Shown: piece after piece, positions 15,315 to 28,243 of the stretch
Numbering within the stretch: position 1 is the first letter of the stretch
How the letters are laid out: the number at the start of each line of letters is the position of its first letter
Source: the human T2T-CHM13v2.0 reference genome, Homo sapiens
Direction: 5' to 3' (one strand)
NCBI RefSeq assembly: GCF_009914755.1
Contig: NC_060932.1
DNA length: 64,000 nucleotides
The notes under the pieces: model-generated
What the model was told of the DNA's origin: nothing
Seen by the model: only the letters and a program-made list of their open reading frames with translations
Database searches by the model: none
Made by a program: the position numbers and the translations under genes

Positions 15315-18300
15315 ACTTTATAATTTGTCAAGAAATGTGCTAGTGGTTTATTTTTGAATTCTGTATTTTGTTCCGTTGGTCTAGTGTCTGTCTTTATGAC
15401 AGTACTGTATTTTTTAAATTATTGTAGTCTTGTAATATATGTAAAAATTAGGATGTCTCTGGCTTTGCTTTTCTTTCTCAACATCAGCGTCACTTTGGCT
15501 ATTCAGGGTCCTTGTGGTTTCATATGAATTTTAGGATTGTTTTTTCCTACTTCTTTAAAAAATGCTATAATCAGTAGATCACTGTGTAATGTGGATATTT
15601 CAATAATATTAATTTAATTAATAATTAATTAATATTAATTTTTCCAATTTATGAACATAGTATGTCTTTCCATTTCTTTGTGTCTTATTTGATTTTGTTA
15701 ATCAGTATTTTATAATTTTTCTACATAAGTCTTTTACCTCCTTTGTTAGGTTTATTTCTATGCATTTTATTCTTTTTGATGCTGCTATAAATGAGATTGT
15801 TTTTCTAATTTCCTTCAGAGATATACATTCAACTCATCTTCAATAAGAGTGTCAAGGACATCTGATGGGAAAATGATAGTCTCTTCAACAAATGGTGTTG
15901 GGAAAACTGAACATCCACATGGAAAAAAAATGAAACTTAATCACTACCTTACACCATAACATATAATTCAACTCAAGATGGATCAGAGATTTAAATGTAA
16001 GACCTGAAGTTGTAAAATTCGCCAAAAAGAAAAACATAAGAAAAATCTTCTTGACATTGCTCTTGGCAATAATTTCCTAGATTTGACATCAAAAACATAG
16101 ACCAAAAAAAAAAAAAAAAAAGACATGAGTAGTACTGCATCAACATAAAAAGCTTTATATAACAAAAGAAATAATCAACAGAGTAAATGGCAAACTACAA
16201 AATGAAAAAATTTGAAACCATCTGTTTGATAAAGAGTCAATGTCCTAAATATACAAGTATTTCCTAACATACTATAAAAACCACAATATTTTTAAAGGAT
16301 TATTTGACTTAAATACAAAAAGAACTTAAAAATTTTTGGAAAGAAGACATACAAATGGGTCCAGGTATATGAAAGAGTGCTCAACATCACTAATCATCAG
16401 GGAACATCACAATAAGATAACAACTCACACCATTTAGAATGTCTATTATTAAAAAAAGAGAGAGAGATAACAAATGTTAACAAGGATATGGGAAAATTGG
16501 AGCCGTTGTACACTATTGAAAGAAACATAGAATGTTGCAACCACTATAGAAAACAGTAGAAGGTACCACAAAAATTTAAAAATAGAGCAATTATATGATC
16601 CAGAAATCCCACCTTTGTATACATATCCAAACAAACTGTAATCAGGATCTCAAAGATATCTGCATCCAAATATTCATTGCAGCATTATTCACAGGATATG
16701 TAAACAATCCAAATATCCACCCAAAAATGAATGAAGAAAATGTAGTGCATACATACAATAGAGTATTTTTCAGCCTTAAATAAAGAATGAAATTCTACAA
16801 TATGTGATAATATGGATGAACCTATAGGACATTATGCTAAGTGAAATAATCCAGTCACAGAAGGATAAATACTGCATGATTCCACTTACCGTGACATATC
16901 TAAAACAGTCAAACTCAGGAGCAGAGAGTGAAATGGTAGCTACCAGGCACAGGGAGAAAAAGAAAAATATAAATTATTGCTCAATAGGTATAAAGTTTCA
17001 GTTATGAAAGATGGATATGTTCTAGAAATCTGCTCTACAACATAGTACCTATAGTTAACAATATGATATTGTGTACTTTAAAATATGTTAAGAAGATAGA
17101 TTCCACATTAAGTATTCCTACTGTGATGTGAATGCAAAAGAAATTGCAGTTTCTGCATTGCTGGAATTTTCTGTTTTATATTATATATATTTTAAATAAA
17201 TGTGGTTATTTTATGCATCATTTTCGTGGGTATTTCTCACTTTATTTTTATCTTTGCTGATGACTTATTACTTGCTGTTTATTTTATGTTTATTTTAGAG
17301 TATGAAAATGATGTTAGACAAAAAGCAAATTCAAGCAATTTTCTTATTCAAGTTCAAAATGGGTCGTAAAGCAGCCAAGACAACTCGGAGCATCAATAAC
17401 GCATTTGACACAGGAACTGCTAATGAACGTACAGTGCAGTGGCGATTTAAGAACTTTTGCAAAGGACAGAAGAGCCTTGAAGATGAGGAGCGTAGTGGCT
17501 GGTCATCGGAAGTTGACAACAACAAATTGAGAACAATCATCGAAACTGATCCTCTTACAACTACATGAGAAGTTGCCAAAGAACTCAGTGTCAACCATTC
17601 TGCGGTTGTTCGGCATTTGGAGCAAATTGGAAAGGTGAGAAAGCTCAATAAGTGGGTGTCTCATGAGCTGAACAAAAATTTTAAAAATCGTCGTTTTTGA
17701 AGCGTTTTCTTCTTTTATTCTACGCAACAAGAAGGAACTATTTCTCAATTGGATTGCAATATGTGATGAAAAGTGGATTTTATACAACGGGTGATGTCCA
17801 GCTCAGTGGTTGGACCAAGAAGAAGCTCCAAAGCACTTCCTAAAGCCAAACTTGCACCTAAAAAATAGGTCATGGTGACTATTTAGTGGTCTGCTGCCAG
17901 TCTGATCCACTACTGCTTTCTGAATCCCAGAGAAACCATTACATCTGAGAAATATGCTCAGCAAGTTGAAGAGATGCACTGAAAATTGCAACCCCTGTAG
18001 CTGGCAGTGGTCAACAGAAAGAGCCCAAATCTTCTCCACAACAATGCCTGAGCACAAGTTGCACAACTAATGCTTCAAAAATTGAACAGATTTTTGGGCT
18101 ACAAAGTTTTGCCTCATCTGCCATATTCACCTGACTTCTCGCCAACCGACTACCACTTCTTCAAGCATCTCCACAACTTTTTGCAGGGAAAACGCTTCCA
18201 CAACGAGCAGGATGCAGAAAATGCTTTCCAAGGTTCGTGGAAACCCAAAGCATGGATTTTTATGCTACAGGAATAAACAAACTTATTTCTCATTGGCAAA

Positions 18301-18605
18301 AGTGTATTGATTGAAATGCTTCCTATTTTGATTATTAAAGATGGGATTGAGCCTAGTTATAGTGATTTAAAATTCATGTTCCAAAATGGCAATTACTTTT
18401 GCACAGATGTGCAAGAATACAGAAAAGTTTTGTAGGTGATGGAGATGTTTAGTACCTTGATTGTGAGATGTTATCATGGGTGTGTTTATATATGTTTATA
18501 TATACAAACTCACTGGTATGTTTACATTAAATGTGTATAAGTTTTTGTATGTCAGTTATACTTCAACAAAGAATAAAAAAACTAAAATTAAAAAAGAAAA
18601 TAAAA
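15315..18605 (+). mobile_element. L1MA/MB-class element with 5' inversion, 3'UTR interrupted by Hsmar1
   Basis: 15315-15817 is antisense ORF2; 15821-17122 is sense ORF2 end plus 3'UTR; 3'UTR resumes at ~18405 and runs to an A-rich tail. Confidence 0.85.
17133..18404 (+). mobile_element. Hsmar1 mariner transposon, near full length, dead transposase
   Basis: ATG 17302 MKMMLDKKQIQAIFLFKFKMGRKAA; WVSHEL (17653), CDEKW, HNNA, YSPDFSPTDY; stops and frameshifts; partial TIRs tgcaaaagaaattgcagttt / ggcaattacttttgcac. Confidence 0.95.
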
Positions 18606-21313
18606 TATATGCCCTATTATAATGGATACCATGTCACAGAAGGACATTACCTACAAAACAATTCTGTCCAGGATAATTGCTTTATTGTAGTGCTATTAAT
18701 TTATTTCAACAATTGTGGTACCTACCATATTCCAAGTGAAATCTTATAAAGATTCCACATATGTAGTTAAAATTCTTTAGAATTCATAATACATAGGTAT
18801 ATTGAGTGATGCTGGTATTGTACCAAAGTTATATGAAGTGAGAAAAATGAAATATAGATTGATTACCATGTATAAATTTTAATTTCCTCAACTATGAAGC
18901 ATAAGTAGCTATTTTTTTATGAAATTGTTTTGAAGCCTAAAGGAGATGCTACCTGTGGGAATTCTCATATGATTTTAAAGAACTAAATAATTATATTATG
19001 CCATTTTATATCATACATTTCATATAGTAAGTGCTCAGTTAATGTTTCTGGAATCTATCAGTAAAAGGAAAAAGTTTTTAAAAAGACAAAAATCAAAAGT
19101 GTAGTTTTAAATTCTTCTGGAAAAATCTGGGTGAGAAAATATAGATAGATTATTTTACTTGATAATGAGTTTCCTCCTGAGGAAATTATAGCACCTGCAG
19201 AGAAAGAAGCTTATGCTAGTGGGGGAGGTAGACATTATGGCAGGTAATTGCAGGTGGCCTGACAGTTCCTGCTGATCTGACATCTTCTCAACAGCTAGAT
19301 TTACATAATGAAAAGACAAGAACCAGTGTTGCTTCTAATATGATGGTGACTTTTGCAATTCTATTCCAATTCAATTGTGGCAGAAGACATATTTAATTAT
19401 AATAGTGCTGAGATGACTAGCGCCAGTAACAGTAGATTTATGACAAACTACCTCATTACTTATTAGTAGGGAAGACAACAAAAATGTTACTTTCTCACAC
19501 GTTTGGATTATACACTTAATGAAGAACTATGCATATATCTTAGTGTTAAAAATATAACAGAAATAATACCTCTGTAAATTGAGTGAAATCCTCAATGTAC
19601 AATGAAAATCTCAGGTAACCAATTTTAGAATTGAAATATGAAGTTAAAGGTACAAAAGACCATTTACAATTTTTTGATGCATACTTTACCAGAAAGAGAT
19701 ATTTGTGAGTTCTCCATTTTACAAGTCTCTATGGAGATATAACATTGGCCTACATACTTCAGCATCATTATTTAAGTCCTGAGTCCAAAACCTTCCCACA
19801 TATGGGTCTGCCTTTTAATTTAAAAAGCCATAAAGCATCCAAATGGTGTCCTTTTTGTTCTCTGTGTGGCAGTAGATCACTGCTTCTATGTTAATCTTCT
19901 CATAATCCTTTGGCTCTTCTCTTACCTTCTACATATAATTCCTGTCCTGCTGATCTGAATCTTGTTCTTGCCCACATTCTCCAGATCCTCATTTCCACCA
20001 CTCTTCTCTGGCTTTTCTATTTCTCTTCTTTCATTGCTCCTCCCCTTGCAACATTCAACCACTCATAGTTCTTTAATATATATATTTTTAAATACCAGGG
20101 ATTTTTTTTCTTTTTTTTCACATTTTTAGATGATTTGGTCCCATTGTTCCTTTGTATTTGTTCTGCCTAATTCTGCTCCTACTGTGAGTCTGCCCAAGCA
20201 TCTCACCCTTATATGAATATTCAATGTTGTTGCTTCAGGCTTTCTATTTAGGTGGATACCTACCAAATTTAGGCCTCCAGTCTTGAGTTTTTATTTTTAT
20301 TTCCATTCCTTATTGGCAGAATCCACTTATGACTAAAATATCTGATTAAAGCAGCCTGCATTAAATCTGTTGTATTACTGCTGACTTCACCTGGGTGCTC
20401 TCATATTCATGCCTCTGGATACTCCTTTTAAATCACACTTTTGATTTAGTTTCAGCTTTTAAAAAAACACATTTTAAGAAACCTCCATTAGAATGAGGGG
20501 ATAAATTTGAACAGGTACCAGAAAAGACTGTGAAAATGCACAGCATGGCAACATAGATAGCCACTTCCCCCCATTTTATTTCCCCAACCCAGAAAAAGGT
20601 AGGCTGTCCAGGGTGCTGAATTTAAGGGGCTATGGCAAAGTCAGACTTATGCTGAGTTTGTCACAATATCCAAGAAGTCTAATCTAAAGGAAGAATATGA
20701 CACCCTAGAAGAAGGTCTCAACCTGAAGTAAAGGGCTAGAAGATGCTAGGCAAGTGCTCCCCAACACTTCTTTTCCCCTTCTAATCAGCGTAGCATTGTG
20801 CTTATAGCATTCGGGCTTCACTCAAGTGACTAAACTGAAGAATTGACAGGGTCCTGGAACCTAAACAAGTAGGTCAGTTAAATACTTGAGATTAGAATAG
20901 TAGGAAACAGTCCAGTGTTCACATAGGCTCACAGATAGAGGAAGGGGTTAAGTATTTCATCATGTAAACCCAGAATAGATGGAAAAAAAATATGAAGTAG
21001 GGAAGGAGCTCATCTTTACCTTGTCTCTTCTGGCTAGCTTTTCATGAGTATGAGTAGTCACAAACTAAGTCTGTAAATAGCCAGAGGAAAAAAAACCTGG
21101 TCAGCTTATTTGATCTCCTATATGATGTGTAGATTTCTCTGTAAAGAAAAAAATCCTTTACTCTATAAACCACTCACCCAGCACATTTAATCCCTTCTAG
21201 TGAGAAAGCACTCTATTTCCCAAGGCAAATCCATTTCCTCCTCGATTCTTGATATATTGCTTATTTAAGTTTAGCATAAACAACTAGCTCTATCTCACAG
21301 GCTTGCTTTAACA

Positions 21314-21497
21314 CATCGGTTCTCAACCCTGACAGTATATTCAATGTTGTTAGAATCAGTATGGACACTTTATAAAAATACCAATGCCTGAGCCCCATTG
21401 TCAGAAATTCTGTTTCAATTTTTCGAGGGCACAATGGTCATTTTTCAAACCTCTCTAAGTGTTTTGAATAAACAGCCATAGTTTTCAGATCCCCCTG
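21314..21497. mobile_element. MER5-family hAT-Charlie MITE
   Basis: Ends 'catcggttctcaa' / 'ttcagatccccctg'; near 8-bp TSD ctttaaca/ctttaagc. Confidence 0.7.
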
Positions 21498-21684
21498 CTT
21501 TAAGCTTTGCTGCCTATATAACCCCAAACCACACAGTGACATCACAAAGCCAAAGCACAGTCCTATATTATTCCCTATGTTGTCCTAGCTCTTTGAAGTC
21601 TGGAGAAGTACTTTTTGGAACATAATTTATTCATTAAAACAATTTTTGAGTACTTTCCATATGTCATGTGTTGAGCTATGTACT

Positions 21685-22048
21685 TGATATGGTATAAATA
21701 TTTGTGTACCCCAAAAATTTATATGTTGAAACCCCAAGGTAATTGTATTAAGAAATGGGGCCTTCAGAAAGTTATTAGGTCATACAGGAAGAGCTCTTAT
21801 AAAATGGGATAATTGCCCTTATTAAATATTTCTTAGAGAGGCCCCTCACTTCTCCTGTCATGTGAGGACACAGTGAGAAGGTGCTATCTATGAACCAACC
21901 AGAAAACAGGACTTCGCCAGACATCAAATCCACCAACACCTTTATGTTAGTTACACTTTTTAGCATCCCAAACTGTAAGAAATAAATTTATGTTGTTTAT
22001 AAACTACTCAGTTTATGATATTTTGTCAGAAGCCCAAAAATGAACATT
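21685..22048 (+). mobile_element. MaLR solo LTR (MLT1A0-like)
   Basis: 'tgatatgg..atatgttgaaac', 'catgtgaggacacagtgagaagg', 'gaaataaattt'. Confidence 0.85.
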
Positions 22049-24807
22049 CAATTGACAGAAATCTCCCTAATAATCTCCTCCACTGCAGTTTCCCTATTCA
22101 AAACTTGTATGTGCTTTGTAAAACAAGTTCAGTTTTTTTCTACTAGGTTTGTTCCTTTTTAATCTATACCTTCCCATTTTACTTAACTTTATTTCAGCAA
22201 TACTCCCCAAAATGCCCCTTAAACTCTTATCAGGAGAGTGGCTTTTAATCTTCCTGGAAAACGTTATGTTATTATCTATTACAAGATTAAAAATTTTACA
22301 AATGTCATCAAAAATCATGTTAATCATTCCAAAATTTGTGCTCTCTGGATAATTCCTCAGTAGCGTCCGAGACTTTAAACAGGTTACTCTTAATCAATTA
22401 AGTGGGGAAGAAATATATAAATGTTCATATAATGTCAATGTTTGTAATCTTGGATCAATCCATGGCATAAAATTGAAGAAGAAATTTTAGGCAGTTATAG
22501 AAGAAATATGGGCCAAAATAATTTTTATTTCTCCTGAACTGGCTATAATTTATAAAGAGAAATAGACAGTGATCATCTCCTTGTGAAGCTCCATACTGTT
22601 TGATAACCAGTCAAAAGTATAAGCCTCGTCAGCAAAGGCAATCCTCATACAAAGAGCCAGAGTATTGTGCTTTCATTCAAATTTAAAATCTTAAGCCATT
22701 CATCAAGATAGCAGTGTAGGACATTTCTACCATTATTTTTCCACAGAAGCATCAATTATGACAACTACCCATGGGCAAGTGTACTTTTGTGGGAGTCTAG
22801 GAGACTAGAAGATAAGTTTTAACACACCAATGGGAAAAATCTGAGAATAAATGCATTGAAAAGGGTAGAAAAAAAATAATTTTGTTTTACTCATATCATC
22901 CCTTCCCAAAGGCAGCATAACTTAGTGCCAAAAGTAACCCCCAACAACAGAGGATGATTACTCCCACAGAGGAAAGCAATAGCACAAGAAATGAGTGCCA
23001 GGCTTCCACAGCCATGCAACACACTGCCCAAGAGACACACTTCTTTCTCATGCCATTCAGAAAGTTAAGGTGAGTTGCAGGGGCTGGGAGCAGGGAGGGA
23101 TGGCTGCATACTCTAATAACTGCTTCACAAACTCCATCAAGAATGCTGATATAAGTCAGGGATGTCTTGCCTATGGACCCCACCCAAAATGACAATGGGC
23201 ACCCCAAATAACCTCATGGGAATTAAATTCCCACATAGAAGACAGCCTCTCAAGTGAGCCACTGCAGACAGCAAGTGCAAGTATCTCACACAGACAGCCA
23301 GCTTGACTATATGAGATTTCAAAAAGGCAAACAGCTGAGCAATTTAGGGCACCACTCCATAAAAAAACAAACAAACAGGAGCTCCCTGCATCTAATCAAG
23401 CTTTGCAAGATTGAGAGAAGCACAAAATTTAATCCCTCATTTCAAGATAAAACAAGATGTATAGAGTGAGAACATCCACAGATAAAGTCTAAGAGAGCCC
23501 CAGAATCCCTAGATGGGCTGTTTGGTGAAGGTGTTTCTCTTCTGAAGCCATTCATTAGACACAAGAGGAGGTGACTGCTCTTCAACGTGAAGATAGCAAT
23601 GTAAAATTTCAAGGAACATGAAAAAATAAAGGAAATATAAAATCACAAAGAAAACAATAATATTTCAGTAACTGACTCTAAATAAATGAAAATTGATAGA
23701 TTGTCTGACAAACAATTCAAAATAATTGTATTAGGGAATCTTGGCAAGCTACAAGAGAACACAGAAAAACAACTCAGTGAGATCTGAAAAAAAATGCACG
23801 AAGCAAAGGAGAAGTTCAATAAAAAGACAGAAATTATAAAACAGAACCAAACAAATTCTAGAGCTAAAGAATACAACAAATGAAATAAAAAATACAATAG
23901 AGAGGATCAACAGCAGACTCGATCATTCAGAAGAAACTCTGTGTACTCAAATATGAGTCATTGTAAAATAGTCAGTCAGAAGATTAAAAAAAAAAGAAGT
24001 GAGAAGGAATGAAGGAAGCCTACAGGGTTTATTGGATACCATCAAGGGAGCTAACATTCACATTAAGTGACTCTAAGAAGGAAAACATATGGAAAAATAG
24101 GGCAGAAAACATATTTAAAGAAACAATCACTAAAAACTTCACAAATTTGCATACAAAGACAGTCAAGTACATAAAATTCAAAATCCTCTAAACAGTTTAA
24201 ATCCAGAGAAGACTTTAACAGGATACATTATAGTCAACTGTCAAAAATCAAAGACAAATAAAGAATTTTGAAGGTCTTTATTAGCAAAAGGATAGAAGCT
24301 CATCACACACAAGGGAATATCCATAAGGCAATCAGTGGATTTCCTGGCAAAACTCTGCAGGCCAGAACAGATTGGGATGATATATCAAAGTGATGAAAAG
24401 AAAAAACTTGTCAACCAAAATTACTGTATCCAGAAAATCTATCTTTCAGAAATGAAACAGAAATAAAGACTTTCCCAGACAAACAAAAGATAAAAGAGTT
24501 CATCATCCCTCAACTTCTTTTACAAGAAATGGTAAAGGGAGTTCTCCAAGTTGAAATAAAAGGAAGCTAATTAGTAATATGAAAACATATGAAAGTATAA
24601 AACTCGTTGCTAAAGGCAAGTGTATTGTAAAATTCAACATACTTTAATACCGTAATAGTGGTGTATAGGTCACCTATAGCTCTAGCATAAAGGTTAATAA
24701 AATTAAAAATAACTGTATCCACAATAATCTCTTAATGAATACACAATATAAAAATAAATAAATCAGAACATCAAAAACACAAAATGAAAGAGGGAAGTAA
24801 AAGTACA

Positions 24808-25230
24808 CAGTATAATTTTGGTCTGTGTCCCCACACAAATCTCATGCTTAATTGCAATCCTTAGTGTTGGAAGTGGGGCCTGGTGGGTGGTGATTGGTTC
24901 ATGGGGGTGTTTTCTCATGAATGTTGTACACCATTCCTTTGGTGGTGTTCTCATGATACTGAGTGAGTTCTCATGAGATCTGGTCATTTAAAAGTGTGCG
25001 GTATCTCCCCTTGCTTATCTCTCTCCTGTGCTTACTCCAGCCATGCAATGTGTGTGCTTCCCCTTTGCCTTCCACCATTATTTTAAGTTTCTTGAGTCCT
25101 CCTTAGAAGCTGAGCCAACATCATGCTTTCTGTACAGCCTGCAGAATTGTGAGCCAATTACACCTTTTTTCTTTATAAATAACCCAGTCTTGGGTATTTC
25201 TTTATATCAGTGTGAGAATGGACTAATACA
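24808..25230 (+). mobile_element. MSTA-like MaLR solo LTR
   Basis: 'gtgtccccacacaaatctcatg'...'ggactaataca'; TSD gtaca/gtata. Confidence 0.88.
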
Positions 25231-26275
25231 GTATAGTTTTGTATGCAAAGTTAGGTTACTATAAACTTAAAACAGATGGTTTTAAACTATAAAAAATTAT
25301 GTAAACCTCATGGTAGCCACAAAGAAAAAAAAACCTCTAAGTAGATACACAAAATATAAAGGGAAAGAAATCAAAGCATAATACTACACAAAAGTAGCAA
25401 ACCACAAAAGAAAACAGCAAGAGAGGAAGAATGAAACAAAGGAACTGCAAGACAGAAAACAATTTAACAACATGGCAATAGTAAGTTCTTACCTATCAAT
25501 AACAACTCCAAATGCAAAGACTGTATTCTTCAATCAAAGACATAGCGTGGCTAAAAGGATGAAAAATTAAGACCCAACTATACAACTATATACTGCCTAT
25601 GAGAGACTAACTTCAGCTTTAATGATACACATACAATGAAAGTGGAGGGATGGAAAAATATATTTCATGCAAATGAAAGCCAAAAGAAAATGGGGTATCT
25701 ATTACTTCAGAAACAATAGACTTCAAGTTAAAAACTTTCCAGAAAGACAAAGGATATCATTATTCAGTAATACAGGGGTCAATTTATCAAGAGGCTATAA
25801 CAATTTTAAGTAAATATGCAGCAAGGATAAGAACACCTAAACATATTCAACAAATATTAACAGAAATGAAAGGAGAAATAGAAATCAATACAATAAAAGT
25901 AGGAAACGTCAATATCCAACTTTTAACAATGGATAGATTATCCAGACAGAAAATCAATACAGAAATATTGCACTTGAACTACACTTTAGACAAAATGGAC
26001 CTAACAGATGTATACAGAACATTTCATCCAACAGCAACAGAATACACATTCTTCTCAAATACCCAGGGAGCACTCTCTGGAGTAGATAACACATTATGCC
26101 ACAAAACAAGTTTCAATGAAATTATTGAAATCATACTAAGTATCTTTTCTAACAAATTTCTGGGATTCAGCTAAAGTAGTTCTAGAGAGAAGTTCAAAGC
26201 AATAAATGTCAACAGGACAGAAAAAGAAAGATCTCAAATAATTTATACTCAATGAACTAAAAATAAGAATGAAGT

Positions 26276-26435
26276 GGCTGGGCAGTGGGTTTATTTCTAT
26301 AATTCCAGCAATTTTTCAGGCTGAGGCAGACAATTGCTTGAGGCCAGGATTTTGAGACTAGTCTGAGCAACAGAGAAAGGCACTGTCTCAAAAAAAAAAA
26401 AAAAAGAAGAAAGAAAGAAGGAAGAAAAGAAGAGA
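26276..26435 (+). mobile_element. Alu left monomer (FLAM) with A/GA-rich tail
   Basis: 'gcttgaggccaggattttgagactagtctgagcaaca..tgtctcaaaa'. Confidence 0.8.
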
Positions 26436-26827
26436 ACAAACTAAGCCCACTAAGCCCATGAATATAGATGGAAGGAAGTATAAAAAATTAAGGCAGTCCT
26501 AAGTGTAACAAAAACTACTAAGACAATAGAATAGACAACAAAACCATGGGTTGGGTTTTTTAAAAGATAAAATTAACAAATCTTCGGCTACACTAAATCA
26601 AAAAGAGAGAAGCCTCAAATAAATAGAATCAGAAATGAAAAAAAGAAACATTGCATCCAAAACAATACAAAGCATAAAAAGAAACTGCTATGAACAAATA
26701 TATGCTAACAATTTGAATAACCTAGATAAAAGGATAAATTTCTAGACACAACTTACAAAGACAAAATCAGGAAGAAAGAGTAAATATGAACAGGCCAATA
26801 ACAAGTAAGGTGATTGAAACAATAATC

Positions 26828-28243
26828 AAAACAATTATAAAATTCGTATGGGACCAAAAAAGAGCCTAAATAGCCAAAGCAATCCTAACCAAAAAGAACA
26901 AAGCTGGAGGCATCACACTACCCAACCTCAAACTATACTATAAGGGTATATATATGGTATATATGGTAACCAAAACAACATGGTACTGGCACAAAAACAG
27001 ACACATAGACTCATGGAATCGAATAGAAAACTTAGAAATAAATCTGCATACTTACAACTATCTGATCTTCAACAAGGCTAACAAAAACAAGCAATAGAGA
27101 AAGGATTCCTTATTCAATAAATGGTGCTGGGACAACTAGCTACCCATAGCAGAAGAAGGAAACTGGACCTTACAGTTCACCATATACAGAAATTTTTTCA
27201 ATATGGTTTAATGATTTAAGTGTAATACATCAAACTGTAGAAATTCTAGAAGAAAACTTACGGCTTGGCAACAAATTTTTGGCTAAGTTCCCCAAAGCAA
27301 TTGCAACAACAGAAAATTGACAAGTGGGACCTGCTGCTGCACGCAAAAAAAAATTATCAATAGAGTAAATAGACAATCTACAGGATGGCAGAAATCAAAC
27401 TATGCACCTGAAAAAGATCTAATATCCAGAATATATGAGAAACTTAAATCAATAAGCAAAGAACATTAAAATATGGGCAAAGGATATGAACAGATACTTT
27501 TCAAAGGAAGACATACAAGTGGCCAACAAACATATGAGAAAATGCTTACCATTATTAATTATTAGAGAAAGGCAAATCTAAACCACAATGTGATACCATT
27601 TCACACCAGTCAGAATGGCTACTATTAAAAGGAAAAAAAAATACAGATGCTAGCGAGACTGTAGAGTAAGGGGTAATGCTTATCCACTCTTGGCAGAAAT
27701 TTAAATTAGTTCAGTCACTGTGGAAAACAATTTGGAGATTTCTCAAAGAACTTAAAACAGAGGTTTCATTTGACCCAGCAATCCCATTACTAGGTATATT
27801 GTCAAAGAAAAATAGATCATTATACCAAAAAGATACCTGCACTAATATGTTCATTGCTGCACTATTCACAATAGCAAATACATGGAATCTACTTGGGTAC
27901 ATATCCATCATGGAATACTACACAACCATACAAAAAATAGTAACATCGCATCCCTTGAAGCAACATGGATGGAGCTGGGGGCCATAATCCTAAATGAATT
28001 AACACAGGAACAGAAGACCAAATACTGCATTTTCTCACCTATAAGTGGGAGCTAAATATTGAGCACCCAAGGACATAAACATAAGAATAATAGATGCGAC
28101 AGACTACTAGGGGTGGGCAGGGAGGTTGGTGTGGGTTCAAAAACTACTTATTGGGTACTAGGCTCACTACTTGGGTGCAACATACCCATGTAACAACCTG
28201 TGCATGTACCTTCCTGTATCTAAAATGAAAGTTGAAAAAAAAA
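26828..28243 (+). mobile_element. 5'-truncated L1PA15-17/PREC2-class element nested in the older L1 ORF2
   Basis: Jumps to ORF2 3' part; own 3'UTR ending 'atctaaaatgaaagttgaaaaa'; host resumes 'aaagaaaagtccagaaccagatggc'. Confidence 0.85.

Noticed and set aside
17302-18276. SETMAR gene or an active transposase
   Set aside because: Multiple stops and frameshifts, no SET exons, lies inside an L1 3'UTR
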